Below are positions 1 to 8,461 of a DNA stretch of 64,000 bases, piece by piece. Each line of letters opens with the position of its first letter. Within the stretch, counting starts at the first letter, position 1. The position numbers and the translations under genes were made by a program. Origin of the DNA: an uncultured Armatimonadia bacterium (GTDB lineage Bacteria; Armatimonadota; Zipacnadia; CAVVLO01); NCBI GenBank assembly GCA_963749155.1, contig CAVVLO010000001.1:288001-352000 (forward strand). Direction: 5' to 3'. The notes under the pieces were generated by a model. That model worked only from the letters and a program-made list of their open reading frames with translations. It did not search any database and was not told the origin of the DNA.

Positions 1-263
1 CTGCCAGCCTTTAGCGTGTAGGTGATGGCATCAGGCCCGACAAGTTTGGCTGTGGGTTGGCCTTTCTGATGTTCAAATCCCAGGCCAATATGCTGCAATT
101 CGGGGCCGATAGACGCGTAAAACTCCCCTGAGGCAGAGGGCGCCTTACCGTCCACCGTAAGCTTGTGAGAGCCCACATAGACAACTGCGGCCTGAGCTTC
201 GAAAAAAACTAGCCCAAGCAGCAGTGCCAGTGCCAATAGCCTGCATGTTTTCATATGCCGCAT
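1..263 (-). CDS. Secreted hypothetical protein, N-terminal part (runs off the left edge)
   Basis: Manual translation from ATG 263 or 254: MRHMKTCRLLALALLLGLVFFEAQA-AVVYVGSHKLTVDGK..., open to position 1, with a typical signal peptide. Absent from the ORF track. Confidence 0.7.
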   Translation of the reverse strand, partial: MRHMKTCRLLALALLLGLVFFEAQAAVVYVGSHKLTVDGKAPSASGEFYASIGPELQHIGLGFEHQKGQPTAKLVGPDAITYTLKAG

Positions 264-410
264 ACCCTGGTTCGTAATCTGGCTGGACACTAGCCGCGCT
301 CAGCCAGTTGCTATGAGTGCGGTTAGTATACCCTGCTTCTGATTAGTAGGCAAAAAAGGTGCCAGAAGTGACCTTTCCATATTAGAAACCCGGAAAGTGG
401 GCTAGTTTCC

Positions 411-447
411 AAAAAAACCGGCCCCGATTAGGTCCAGGGCCGGCTTC
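411..447 (-). terminator. Rho-independent terminator after the GH127 gene
   Basis: Minus strand reads gccggccc-loop-ggggccgg followed by ttttttt, about 20 nt after the stop at 469. Confidence 0.8.
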
Positions 448-468
448 AGGAGGTCTTCGGTAGCTTAT

Positions 469-2331
469 TTACAGCTTGGCCATCCAGACGGTCATCTGGG
501 CGGGGCCGCGGTTGTTCCAGGCATAATAGGGGACTGCAACCAACTCGACAGGTTTCTCGGCGGAAGCGCGACCAGAGCGGAAATAGAGCGGCCGGTCGCC
601 CTCGGGATCGGCCACCAGAGTGCCTTCCATCACCAGCGCCACTGCTTCGCCCAGCTCCGGAGCACAGTTAATATCAGCAGGAGTTGCTTCTACGTCAACG
701 CGCACCGAGGCCAAATCCAGCCCTAAGTTATCAGGCCCTTCGAGGCAGTAGAGCACTGGCCCGCGCATCAGAGCAACCTGCTCCCGGTCTTCAGTAACGC
801 GCACATCGGCTTCCCAGAAGGTCGGCTCCACGGGCAGTTGGAGCAGCACCGCATCTCCGTCAGCCCAGGTGCGACACAGCTCAAAATAGGTGCCAGGCTT
901 CGCAAAGCGAGGCGCCTCATCATTTATTTGCACCCAGGCCGAGTCCGCCCAGGCGGGGATGCGCAGGAAGAGGGAAAATTCGGCATCTTCATCAAGGGAG
1001 AGTTCGAATCCGATGCTGCCCTCCCACGGGTAGTTGGTATGCTGTACCAGGCCAATTCGAGCGCCACTCTCGAGTTGCCAGTCCAGCGCGCACTCATCGT
1101 AGAAATGCGCCCAGAGGCCCTTCTGGGAGGTGCTGAACATACAACCGGGCAGCTCGGCGATGACTCGCTGGATATTGGGCGGGCAGCAGGTGCAACCATG
1201 CCAGGCGGTGCGCTCATACGGCGCTCGGTTTGCCCAGGGATACCACATCCCAAGCTCGCCCTGGCCAGTGCTGGAAAGGGGATTCATATAGAAATAGCGT
1301 TCTCCATCCAGCGAAAGTGAGGCCAGCAGGTGGTTGTAAGCGACGCGCTCGAACAGGTCAGCATATTCGGCTTCGGGCCAGGCCTGCAGCAGGCGCCAGG
1401 CCCAGAACAGATTCGAGATACCCGCGCAACTCTCGGCGTAGGCGCGAGCGTTGGGTAGCTCGAAGTCGTTGCCGAAGGCCTCGCCCTCGTACCTGCTGGC
1501 CGAAGCACCGGTAATGTAGAGCTTGCGCTGCACCAGCGATTCCCATAGCGAACGCAGAGCGACTTCGTAGTCGTCATCTCCTGACTCGAGATAGTAGTCC
1601 GCCCCTCCGCTGGCAAAATAGCCCATCCTGACCGCGTGGCCCCACATATCGCGCCGCTCGGGAAACTGCATTGCATCCAGAAAGAACTTGCCAAGGTCGA
1701 GGTAGCGCTGTTCGCCAGTCTCACGATACAGCTCGATGAGCGCCAGTTCGATTTCTGGATGGCCAGGCCAGTCGCCGCGCTTCCCTGGACCAAACACGGT
1801 GCCGATGTAGTCGGCATATTTGCAGGAGACTTGCAGCAGCCTGTCATCGCCCAGCACCCGGTTCACGGCGACGGCGGCCTGGAAGAGGTGTCCTGCGCAA
1901 TAAAGCTCGTGGTTCGTACCGATGTTGGTCCAACGGTCTTCGGGCTTCTCGTGGAAGGTGTTGAGGTAGCCATCTGGTTGCTGGGCTGGGCCGATTGCGT
2001 TGATGGCTTCGTCAATCTGCTCCCGGATGAGAGGGCTGTCGCCTGTTGCCAGGGCCCAGGCGGCGGCTTCAATCCACTTGTAGAGGTCAGAATCTGTAAA
2101 TAATGCCCCCTCCCGGCCGACGCGTGCCTCGCCCGAGATGCGCTGGAAGTTGCGAAGGACGCCGTGCTCTTTCAGCATGTCGAAGAGTTGGGGTACGGAG
2201 ACCTCCCGGTTGAGGGTCAGGCGCGGTTTCCAGAAACCATCGCCCAGCGTGACCGCGGTAACAGGCACAGGATGAAGTCGCGCGCGAGGACTGGTGCGCG
2301 TATCATTTATATAAGGGGCTTTGGGTAGCAT
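469..2331 (-). CDS. GH127 (DUF1680) beta-L-arabinofuranosidase-like cysteine glycosidase
   Basis: Motifs DSDLYKWIEA, HELYCAGH, GHPEIELAL, GHAVR, GEAFG, YAESCA and CTCCPPN match the HypBA1 Glu/Cys Zn site; C-terminal PYYAWNNRG. Confidence 0.93.
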   Translation of the reverse strand: MLPKAPYINDTRTSPRARLHPVPVTAVTLGDGFWKPRLTLNREVSVPQLFDMLKEHGVLRNFQRISGEARVGREGALFTDSDLYKWIEAAAWALATGDSPLIREQIDEAINAIGPAQQPDGYLNTFHEKPEDRWTNIGTNHELYCAGHLFQAAVAVNRVLGDDRLLQVSCKYADYIGTVFGPGKRGDWPGHPEIELALIELYRETGEQRYLDLGKFFLDAMQFPERRDMWGHAVRMGYFASGGADYYLESGDDDYEVALRSLWESLVQRKLYITGASASRYEGEAFGNDFELPNARAYAESCAGISNLFWAWRLLQAWPEAEYADLFERVAYNHLLASLSLDGERYFYMNPLSSTGQGELGMWYPWANRAPYERTAWHGCTCCPPNIQRVIAELPGCMFSTSQKGLWAHFYDECALDWQLESGARIGLVQHTNYPWEGSIGFELSLDEDAEFSLFLRIPAWADSAWVQINDEAPRFAKPGTYFELCRTWADGDAVLLQLPVEPTFWEADVRVTEDREQVALMRGPVLYCLEGPDNLGLDLASVRVDVEATPADINCAPELGEAVALVMEGTLVADPEGDRPLYFRSGRASAEKPVELVAVPYYAWNNRGPAQMTVWMAKL

Positions 2332-2367
2332 CGAACTCCCTCCCGGGATGACTCAGGATGGGAGAAA

Positions 2368-2395
2368 GTTCGACATCAAGGCTGATTTATCCTGC
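2368..2395 (-). promoter_or_regulatory. SigmaH-like promoter candidate (GCAGGA-N16-TCGAAC)
   Basis: About 37 nt upstream of the ATG at 2331; same motif recurs upstream of many genes in the window. Confidence 0.55.
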
Positions 2396-2857
2396 GCTAG
2401 CGGCTTCAATCCAGGCAACCTGCACAAGTTGTCTGTGCTTGTTGGTCTCGCGCGCCAGACGCTCAAGAGTCTCTTTCAACTTGGGCGCGTCCCCCTCAAA
2501 AACTTCAAACCACTTGGACTCGATAAGAGAGTTCTCCATATCGCGCGCCACCGACAAAGCCTGCCTTGGAGAGATGTGCGAATCCGCCCGGCACTGTTCT
2601 ATCTGCTCTCCCACATAGCCAAGCGCTGTCTTAACCGCTATCGGATTGAAGCGGTCCGCCAGGCAGCACAGTTCGCCTTCGGAGACTGAGGCGCCAAGCT
2701 CTTCGAGCATCTGAGCGTGGCCCTCTTCTTGCTTGGAAAGCTCTTCAAACAGTGTTTTATAGGCGGGCAGATTGCTGGCATAGATGGAGTAAAGCCGCCC
2801 AACAGCTCGCTCATGCTGGGCAAGCAACTCAATCAACTGCTTCGGGTCTAGCTTCAT
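2387..2857 (-). CDS. Rubrerythrin/ferritin-like four-helix bundle protein
   Basis: Duplicated E...ExxH di-iron pattern (HERAV..EEGHA; MENSL..ETNKH); GGAGG RBS 8 nt before ATG 2857. Confidence 0.75.
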   Translation of the reverse strand: MKLDPKQLIELLAQHERAVGRLYSIYASNLPAYKTLFEELSKQEEGHAQMLEELGASVSEGELCCLADRFNPIAVKTALGYVGEQIEQCRADSHISPRQALSVARDMENSLIESKWFEVFEGDAPKLKETLERLARETNKHRQLVQVAWIEAASAG

Positions 2858-2892
2858 CCGCTTTGCCTCCGTGAGCACTCGAAGTACGTTTT

Positions 2893-4982
2893 CTATCTTT
2901 CACCCTTCAGTAACAAGTATAGTGGTTTTTCAGAAAGCTGCACCTGAGCTTCCACCTCGATCGGGGTGCCCATAAGGTCGAAGGCCTGCTCGATAGGCAA
3001 CCGCAGGTCCCGAGGATGTTCCGGTCCAGTCGTCCAGACCATCAGCAACTGCCTGTCATCGGCCAGGTCGAAAGTTATTATATAGGTGTCTTCTTGTTGC
3101 ATGAGTTTGGCGCTGGTTGCGCCAGCGGTCAGCCTGCTATAGGCGCTCACCGCTACCATCGCAGGCTTGGGCGAGCAGTTGTAGTTCTGATGGTGGATGA
3201 GCCCGAAAGTTGTGCTCGTTATAGGTGCGCTCCAGCCCGTCGTCCTTCAGGTCGTACCAGTAGCAGCGCTCGATGCCTTCCAGCACTTGCAGCAAGGCAA
3301 ACGTCCGCACGACCAGCGGCGCCTGGTCCTCTTCCTCTGTGCCAGCGGGCCCGCGATGGGTGGGATAGCCAATTTCTGTAATCCAGACTCGCTTCGGCGC
3401 TCCGTCGCGAGACCACCTCATCGCGTATTCGTCCTACTTCTGCGTACAGGTGAGAGGCTTCAGGGCTAGTGGGATAGCGGTAGGGGTGGATAGACCAGGC
3501 GTCCATTGAATCTGGCCCGGCCGTCTCGACCATCTTGCTGACAACCTCGGCGCAGTCGGTGCCATATTCGCCGCCCACACCAACGACGGTTACGTCAGGG
3601 AAGTCCGTCTTGATTGTTTCATAAGTCGTTTTGAGCAGCCTGCCATACGCCTCGGGGCCGTGATCGCCAGGCCTGCCGCCCATCCCGCAGCCGCCTATCC
3701 ACTCGTTCCACACCTCGAAGTTGTCCACGGTGCCCTCAGTCAGTTGCGCCAGTGCCCGCCCGTAATTCGCAAAGCCGGCAATGGCCTCCTCCGAGTTGGG
3801 GAAGCCCCCCTCATCGTACAGCCCATTTGAGTAATCGAGGATTGTCAGCGGCTTCAGGCCAACCTCTTTTGCCTTCGCATAATACGCCTGGCAATGAGGG
3901 GGCAAGGCATACTGCCCCTTCACCGTTTCGACGCCGCCCCAGCCGCACTCGTCCCGGAACCGGCTCACGCCATAACGCACAAGCAAATCCATACACTCCA
4001 GGGGATAAGCGTTCTGGCCGAAGTGGCAGTTGACCCCGACGAAGTCCGAGCTGGCAGGTCTGGCTTCCGCGGTCAGCGCCGCCATCGAGAAGACGACTTG
4101 CTCCGTCTGACGCCCATCCTCGGTCAGCGTGAAGCGACACTCATAATAACCAGGCTGCTCCAGGCTGAAATCGGCCCTCACCTGGGCCGCGGGGCCCTCT
4201 CCACTTGCGATTTCCACGCCGAAATAGTCTTTGACCGACCAGCTCAGGCGCTCTCCAAGGCCACTTGCGCGCAGTGCAACTGGCTCTCCGAGGGTGTAGA
4301 GATTCCCAAAACGCTTGTTCTCGACGTCTACCTGGAGAGTCTGGGTCACTGGGTGACGAGTTACTAGCGTCACCTCGTCAATCCACAGGCTGCCCTGCCC
4401 GGCCCATTCCCGACTTGGCCTGTCGAAGAGGATGCCATTGAAGGTGAGGGGATAATCCAGCTTGCCGTTGCCGTCTCCACCCCAAAAACTTGAAGGGGCG
4501 TTCAGTTCGACGACGGCGAATTGCCAGCCAGCTTCCTTGCCTGCCGTCAGCTCGAGTTGGTGCGTCTCGCCGCTTACATCATCCACGCGCAACCGCGGGA
4601 GGAAACGGGTGCCATCAGTCTTCAGCCAATAGCCCACGCCATAGCCAGGCTCGGAGATAGGGAAGCCGGGCGAAAGCTGTATATATTCCAGGGGCCGGTT
4701 GCCGACGAATTCGTAATCCACTCGAAGCGAGGCGCTGCCGCTATGATATTCACTTTGACAGAGCGCAATCGTGTTGGTGGCGTTCTGTTCGCCCTGGAAG
4801 GTCTGCCAGGCCTGCTCTCCCGCTTCGAAATCGTCCACGACCTGGGCGACATCATACAGCTCCTGCATTGGGACATCGGCCGGCACGCACTGGGCAGGCT
4901 GCCAGCCAGTAGTCACCTGGCAACTTGCAACCAGAGCAAAACCGAGCAGCAGGATAAGGACAAGCAACGGGGCAGAATCCAT
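2893..4982 (-). CDS. Secreted clan GH-A glycoside hydrolase (GH39/GH5-like) with N-terminal CBM-like and Ig-like domains; two frameshifts (~3410, ~3205)
   Basis: Signal peptide after AGGAGG RBS; acid/base motif EVWNEW and SIHPY in the first frame; nucleophile motif WITEIG and WYDLKDDG..EHNF in the second; GLIHHQNYNCSPKPAMVA in the third. Confidence 0.8.
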
Positions 4983-5013
4983 TGGAGAACCTCCTGAAAC
5001 TGGAACTGGCGAC

Positions 5014-5979
5014 TTAAGCATCGCCGCTGAGATGTCTGGGGGGATTGCCGACCTTGTCGCCGAGGTCGCGTTTGCGGCGTTCTACGATGGCTTCGGCCAG
5101 TTCCGAGACCGTATGACGCAGCCAAAGCTCGATATCGGAATCCTGTTCGTAGTTGGCTTCAACGAAGTAATTCACGCGCTGCTGGTCGTGCAGGCGCTTC
5201 ACTTGTTCATACTCGGCGAGTTTGCCGCGCTCGAAGACGGCCAGCGTCTTGCCGCCGCCCTTGCGCACGATAGAGAAACACGGCACATCGCTCGGGCCGT
5301 CGGCGATGTAGACCATATTGCGGAAGGGCACGCGCCTGTCGTCCTCGACGATGTAGCTGTTCACGTCAATCGTTGGCTCTTTGTTTACGCCTTTGTTGAT
5401 CTCGAAGACCGCGCGCGTCTTGGTGGTGTTGTCTATCACATAGCCCAGGGCGCTTATCTGGCTGCCGGTGGCCTCGAAAGGCTGGTCGAGATAGCCTGGC
5501 CCGGGGCTGTCCTGGACGAACTCGTTGGCCCAGACGTCCTCGACGAAGGGCGCGATGGCGCTGCCGAGGATTATCTGCCTGAGGCCAGTGCTGACGATGT
5601 AATGTTCCAGCTTCAGCTCGTAGGGGCGCCAGTTGGGGTTGCCCTCGACGAAGCTTTGCAGGCGGGCGAAGCACTCGGGCAGCCCTGGGAAGAACTCCAG
5701 CTCCGCCCCCAGCTCGCGCAGGCCGGCGTTGGAGAGGCCCTCAAAGACGCCAGCGCGGGCGTAGGAGAGCAGATGGTTGAGGTACATCGTGTCCTTGGAG
5801 ACGCGATCGAGCCCCTGGGCGGCATAGTGGCTGGGCAGGCCCTCTACCTCGCGCCAGAACTGCCCCTCGTCCACCCCATAGCGGCGGAAGAGCGGCGCCT
5901 GCATATAGCCGCGGATGAGCGTCTTGTCGAAATCCCAGACCAGTGCGATTACATTCTGCTGAAAGAGCGCGCTTGCCAT
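5014..5979 (-). CDS. HAD-superfamily hydrolase (phosphatase-like)
   Basis: Motif I WDFDKT, motif II IVSTG, Lys in NTTKT, motif IV YIADGPSDVPC. Confidence 0.88.
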   Translation of the reverse strand: MASALFQQNVIALVWDFDKTLIRGYMQAPLFRRYGVDEGQFWREVEGLPSHYAAQGLDRVSKDTMYLNHLLSYARAGVFEGLSNAGLRELGAELEFFPGLPECFARLQSFVEGNPNWRPYELKLEHYIVSTGLRQIILGSAIAPFVEDVWANEFVQDSPGPGYLDQPFEATGSQISALGYVIDNTTKTRAVFEINKGVNKEPTIDVNSYIVEDDRRVPFRNMVYIADGPSDVPCFSIVRKGGGKTLAVFERGKLAEYEQVKRLHDQQRVNYFVEANYEQDSDIELWLRHTVSELAEAIVERRKRDLGDKVGNPPRHLSGDA

Positions 5980-6052
5980 AGCCTCAATGATACCACGAGG
6001 AAGGAAGAAGAAGGGCAGGTGTCAGGAGCCGGTGCAGTTCCGCCAACCGATT

Positions 6053-6115
6053 GCTAGCGTAGCGGAGGGGGTTATAATGAATATACGACCTTAGGCGATG
6101 CGGATTAAAACTGTA
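6053..6115 (-). pseudogene. Short relic resembling the C-terminus of a REP-associated tyrosine transposase (RAYT)
   Basis: Translates as YSFNPHRLRSYIHYNPLRYAS, similar to the RAYT catalytic YIHYNP motif; adjacent to a REP doublet. No HUH motif found. Confidence 0.4.
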
Positions 6116-6143
6116 GAGACAGGTTACGCAAGGCGGCCTCCGG

Positions 6144-6274
6144 CCGTTGTTTCGGGACACTCCTGTCCCGAAACCGAAGCCGCCAGCTTCGAGGACTGCC
6201 TTGCCAGTTGCGCGAGCGTGAAAGAGGCAGGCCATATGGCCTGGTATCGGGACAAGAGTGTCCCGATACAACGG
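6144..6274. repeat. REP-like palindrome doublet in inverted orientation (REPIN-like)
   Basis: 6144-6174 ccgttgtttcgggacactcctgtcccgaaac versus the reverse complement of 6244-6274 ccgttgtatcgggacactcttgtcccgatac. Each forms an 11-bp hairpin; spacer is 69 bp. Confidence 0.85.
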
Positions 6275-6302
6275 AGTTGCCAACAGACGTTGTGCATTCC
6301 AC

Positions 6303-7150
6303 TCATGAAGGATATGTCAATACAACGTCTGTTTTGAAGTCTTGCGCAATGCTTAATGGGGTTCCACCCATCTCATTAGGTCCTGGAGAGGGATTTGCAC
6401 CAGCCTCCAGCAATAACCGAACGCAGACTGCTTGCTGCTTGTCCAAAGGCCCGAGGAATGCGTTTCGCCACTACTTCCCCAATCCTCGTATTGGTCCTGG
6501 TAACAGGCAAGCAGATGCAGTGGAGTGTTGCCATGGGCGTCCCGTGCGTTTGGGTCAGCACCTGCTTTCAGTAGCATTTTTATGACTTCTGGCAGTCCCC
6601 CATTTTTCCCACCGGGCAATGTGGCATTATGTAGTGGTGTGCCTCCGTCGAGAGGTTCTCGCGCAGTCGGGTCTACTCCTGCATTGAGCAACATGGTAAC
6701 TCGACCTGTATCTCGCAAGTCGATCGCCTCGAATAACTCTCGCGGATCAGGCGGTGCCTGGAGCTGGAGGAACAATATCACGACTAGGCACACCAGCGCC
6801 ATCAGTCCCAGTATGAACCAGGTACGTTGCAGTCTGACTATAGACGCTGGCGATCGTTTCGTGGCAGGAAGCGGCACCTCGACCGTTGGGTGATCCTCGT
6901 CTTGCTGTGCTGCAATAGGCGGAGGCAGTGCGTCGACGACTGTGGCTGCACCGGGTTGGTTAACTGGCTTCGGCGGTGGCGGGGGAGGCTCGCTTGCAGG
7001 GGCTGGTGGCATCGGCTCAGGTTCGGGCGTACGGTACTCTCGGTTCTTCGCCCCGCAGTACGGGCAAGTTTTTTCGGTCTCGGCGTAGTAGTCACCGCAC
7101 TCTGAACACTCGAGTTTAGATGCTGCCACACTGCACCACCCCTTCGTCAC
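6303..7150 (-). CDS. Zinc-ribbon / Pro-rich / transmembrane / ankyrin-repeat protein; frameshift near 6470
   Basis: CSEC..CPYC N-terminus, poly-Pro linker, one TM helix, ankyrin repeats GGTPLHNA and GNTPLHLL. A shifted frame continues VRLLLEAGANPSPGPNEMGGTPLSIA to a stop at 6303. Confidence 0.8.
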
Positions 7151-7340
7151 GTCAGCCCGGGTTTGCTCTAATTGGCGAAGCTTACCTGCAAATATAGCAA
7201 GCTGCCGAACCGCCGAGTGCTGGCAGTGCTATCAGTTGCCGATATCAGCTGCTGTAAATCCTCAGCAGGCGGTTGCTAGCATCTTCCTGCGTGAAGCTGA
7301 GGAAGAGGTAGACGGCCAAGGCTTGCGCGCGCGGACGAAC

Positions 7341-7373
7341 AAAACCAGGGAGGCCCTTCGCGGGGCCTCCCTG
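7341..7373 (-). terminator. Terminator hairpin after the 7394-7795 gene
   Basis: cagggaggccc / gggcctccctg 11-bp stem, followed by tttt on the minus strand. Confidence 0.7.
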
Positions 7374-7393
7374 CTGCTCGCTGTGGAAAAAAA

Positions 7394-7795
7394 CTAGGCA
7401 AACCCTTCCAGCACGAGGCGGAGGCGGACTCCCAGTTCGAGGCCGTTCTGGTCTTCCATAAGCAGGTCGAGGACGCGGTCTTTTTCGGGCACATCGCGCT
7501 TCACTTCGGCGCTGATGACGAAGGGGCCGGTGCCCAGCTTGATGGGGCACTCGTTGCCCTGGCTCGTGCCAACGGCCGCAAGTTTCAGTTTGGAGATAAT
7601 CCCGTCGGAGAGTTCGTAGGTCCCTTCCACCAAAAAACGCGCCCCGGTAACCGTGTGGTCGTGGGTGCCGAGCACCGCGGCGATGTCGAGTTGCAGCGCG
7701 AGCGCGTGGTCGGGGTCGCAGAAACCAGGCTCTACGGTGTAGCGCAGAGGTTTGAGAGCCTGCTTATCGTCGAAAGCGGAGCAATCGCCTGTCAT
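7394..7795 (-). CDS. Hypothetical protein (133 aa)
   Basis: GGGAGG RBS, TATAAT at 7828-7833 on the minus strand, terminator downstream. Confidence 0.65.
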   Translation of the reverse strand: MTGDCSAFDDKQALKPLRYTVEPGFCDPDHALALQLDIAAVLGTHDHTVTGARFLVEGTYELSDGIISKLKLAAVGTSQGNECPIKLGTGPFVISAEVKRDVPEKDRVLDLLMEDQNGLELGVRLRLVLEGFA

Positions 7796-7838
7796 AAGCC
7801 GCCTCCCTGAAAGAGGACTCTAGCCTGATTATACGCCG

Positions 7839-8330
7839 TTAGTTGGGCGGATTCAGTCGCCATATCGAATAATTGAGCGCCGTCGCAAGACTCCCCCACA
7901 CCAGATAGGGGATCAGCAGTCCCCCTGCCCAGGGAGAGAGCCGCCAAAAGAGGAAGATACTCGCCAGCACCAGCAGCCAGAGGGGCACGATGATATAAAG
8001 CCCGCCCACGAGCGACTGGTTGCCGAAGAAGACGACACTCCAGAGGCCATTCAGCACCAGTTGGGCAAGGAAGACGCCGACCGCGAGGCGCGCGTCCGCC
8101 CCGCCCGCTGCTGCCCGCCAGACGAGGAACAGGCTGATGCCCATAAGCGTGTAGAGCAGCGTCCAGACAGGCCCGAAGACCCATCCAGGCGGCGTGAAGG
8201 CCGGCTTTACCAGCGTGGGGTACCAGGTGCCCACCGATTTGGCCGTGAACAGGCCACCGATTATCCCCGGCAGGAAGCACACGAAAAGACAGAGGGCCAG
8301 CTTCAGCACGTCGGCACTGGTGAACTTCAT
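7839..8330 (-). CDS. tspO: TspO/MBR tryptophan-rich sensory protein
   Basis: WYPTLVKPAFTPPGWVFGPVWTLLY, QLVLNGLWSVVFF, LLIPYLVW; five TM helices. Confidence 0.95.
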   Translation of the reverse strand: MKFTSADVLKLALCLFVCFLPGIIGGLFTAKSVGTWYPTLVKPAFTPPGWVFGPVWTLLYTLMGISLFLVWRAAAGGADARLAVGVFLAQLVLNGLWSVVFFGNQSLVGGLYIIVPLWLLVLASIFLFWRLSPWAGGLLIPYLVWGSLATALNYSIWRLNPPN

Positions 8331-8365
8331 ACCCTCACCCCCCTGCATATATAAACCCGGTTAAG

Positions 8366-8422
8366 CTTCGCGCTAGTTCCAGAAAATCCTGCCAGGCAGG
8401 GAAGGGGAGCGCTCCGGGGAAC
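8366..8422. promoter_or_regulatory. Back-to-back sigmaH-like promoter candidates for tspO and the GH127-LamG pair
   Basis: Minus strand 8366-8392 GCAGGA-N15-GCGAAG; plus strand 8396-8422 GCAGGG-N15-GGGAAC. Confidence 0.5.
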
Positions 8423-8461
8423 TTTCTCGGACCAGCAAGAATCCCAAAGTGGAGGACCAGG

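Noticed and set aside
4771..6057. 428-aa plus-strand ORF
   Set aside because: Antisense shadow of the HAD hydrolase with no motifs; typical of GC-rich DNA.
7245..7550. 101-aa minus-strand ORF
   Set aside because: It overlaps the 7394-7795 gene out of frame and runs through its terminator.
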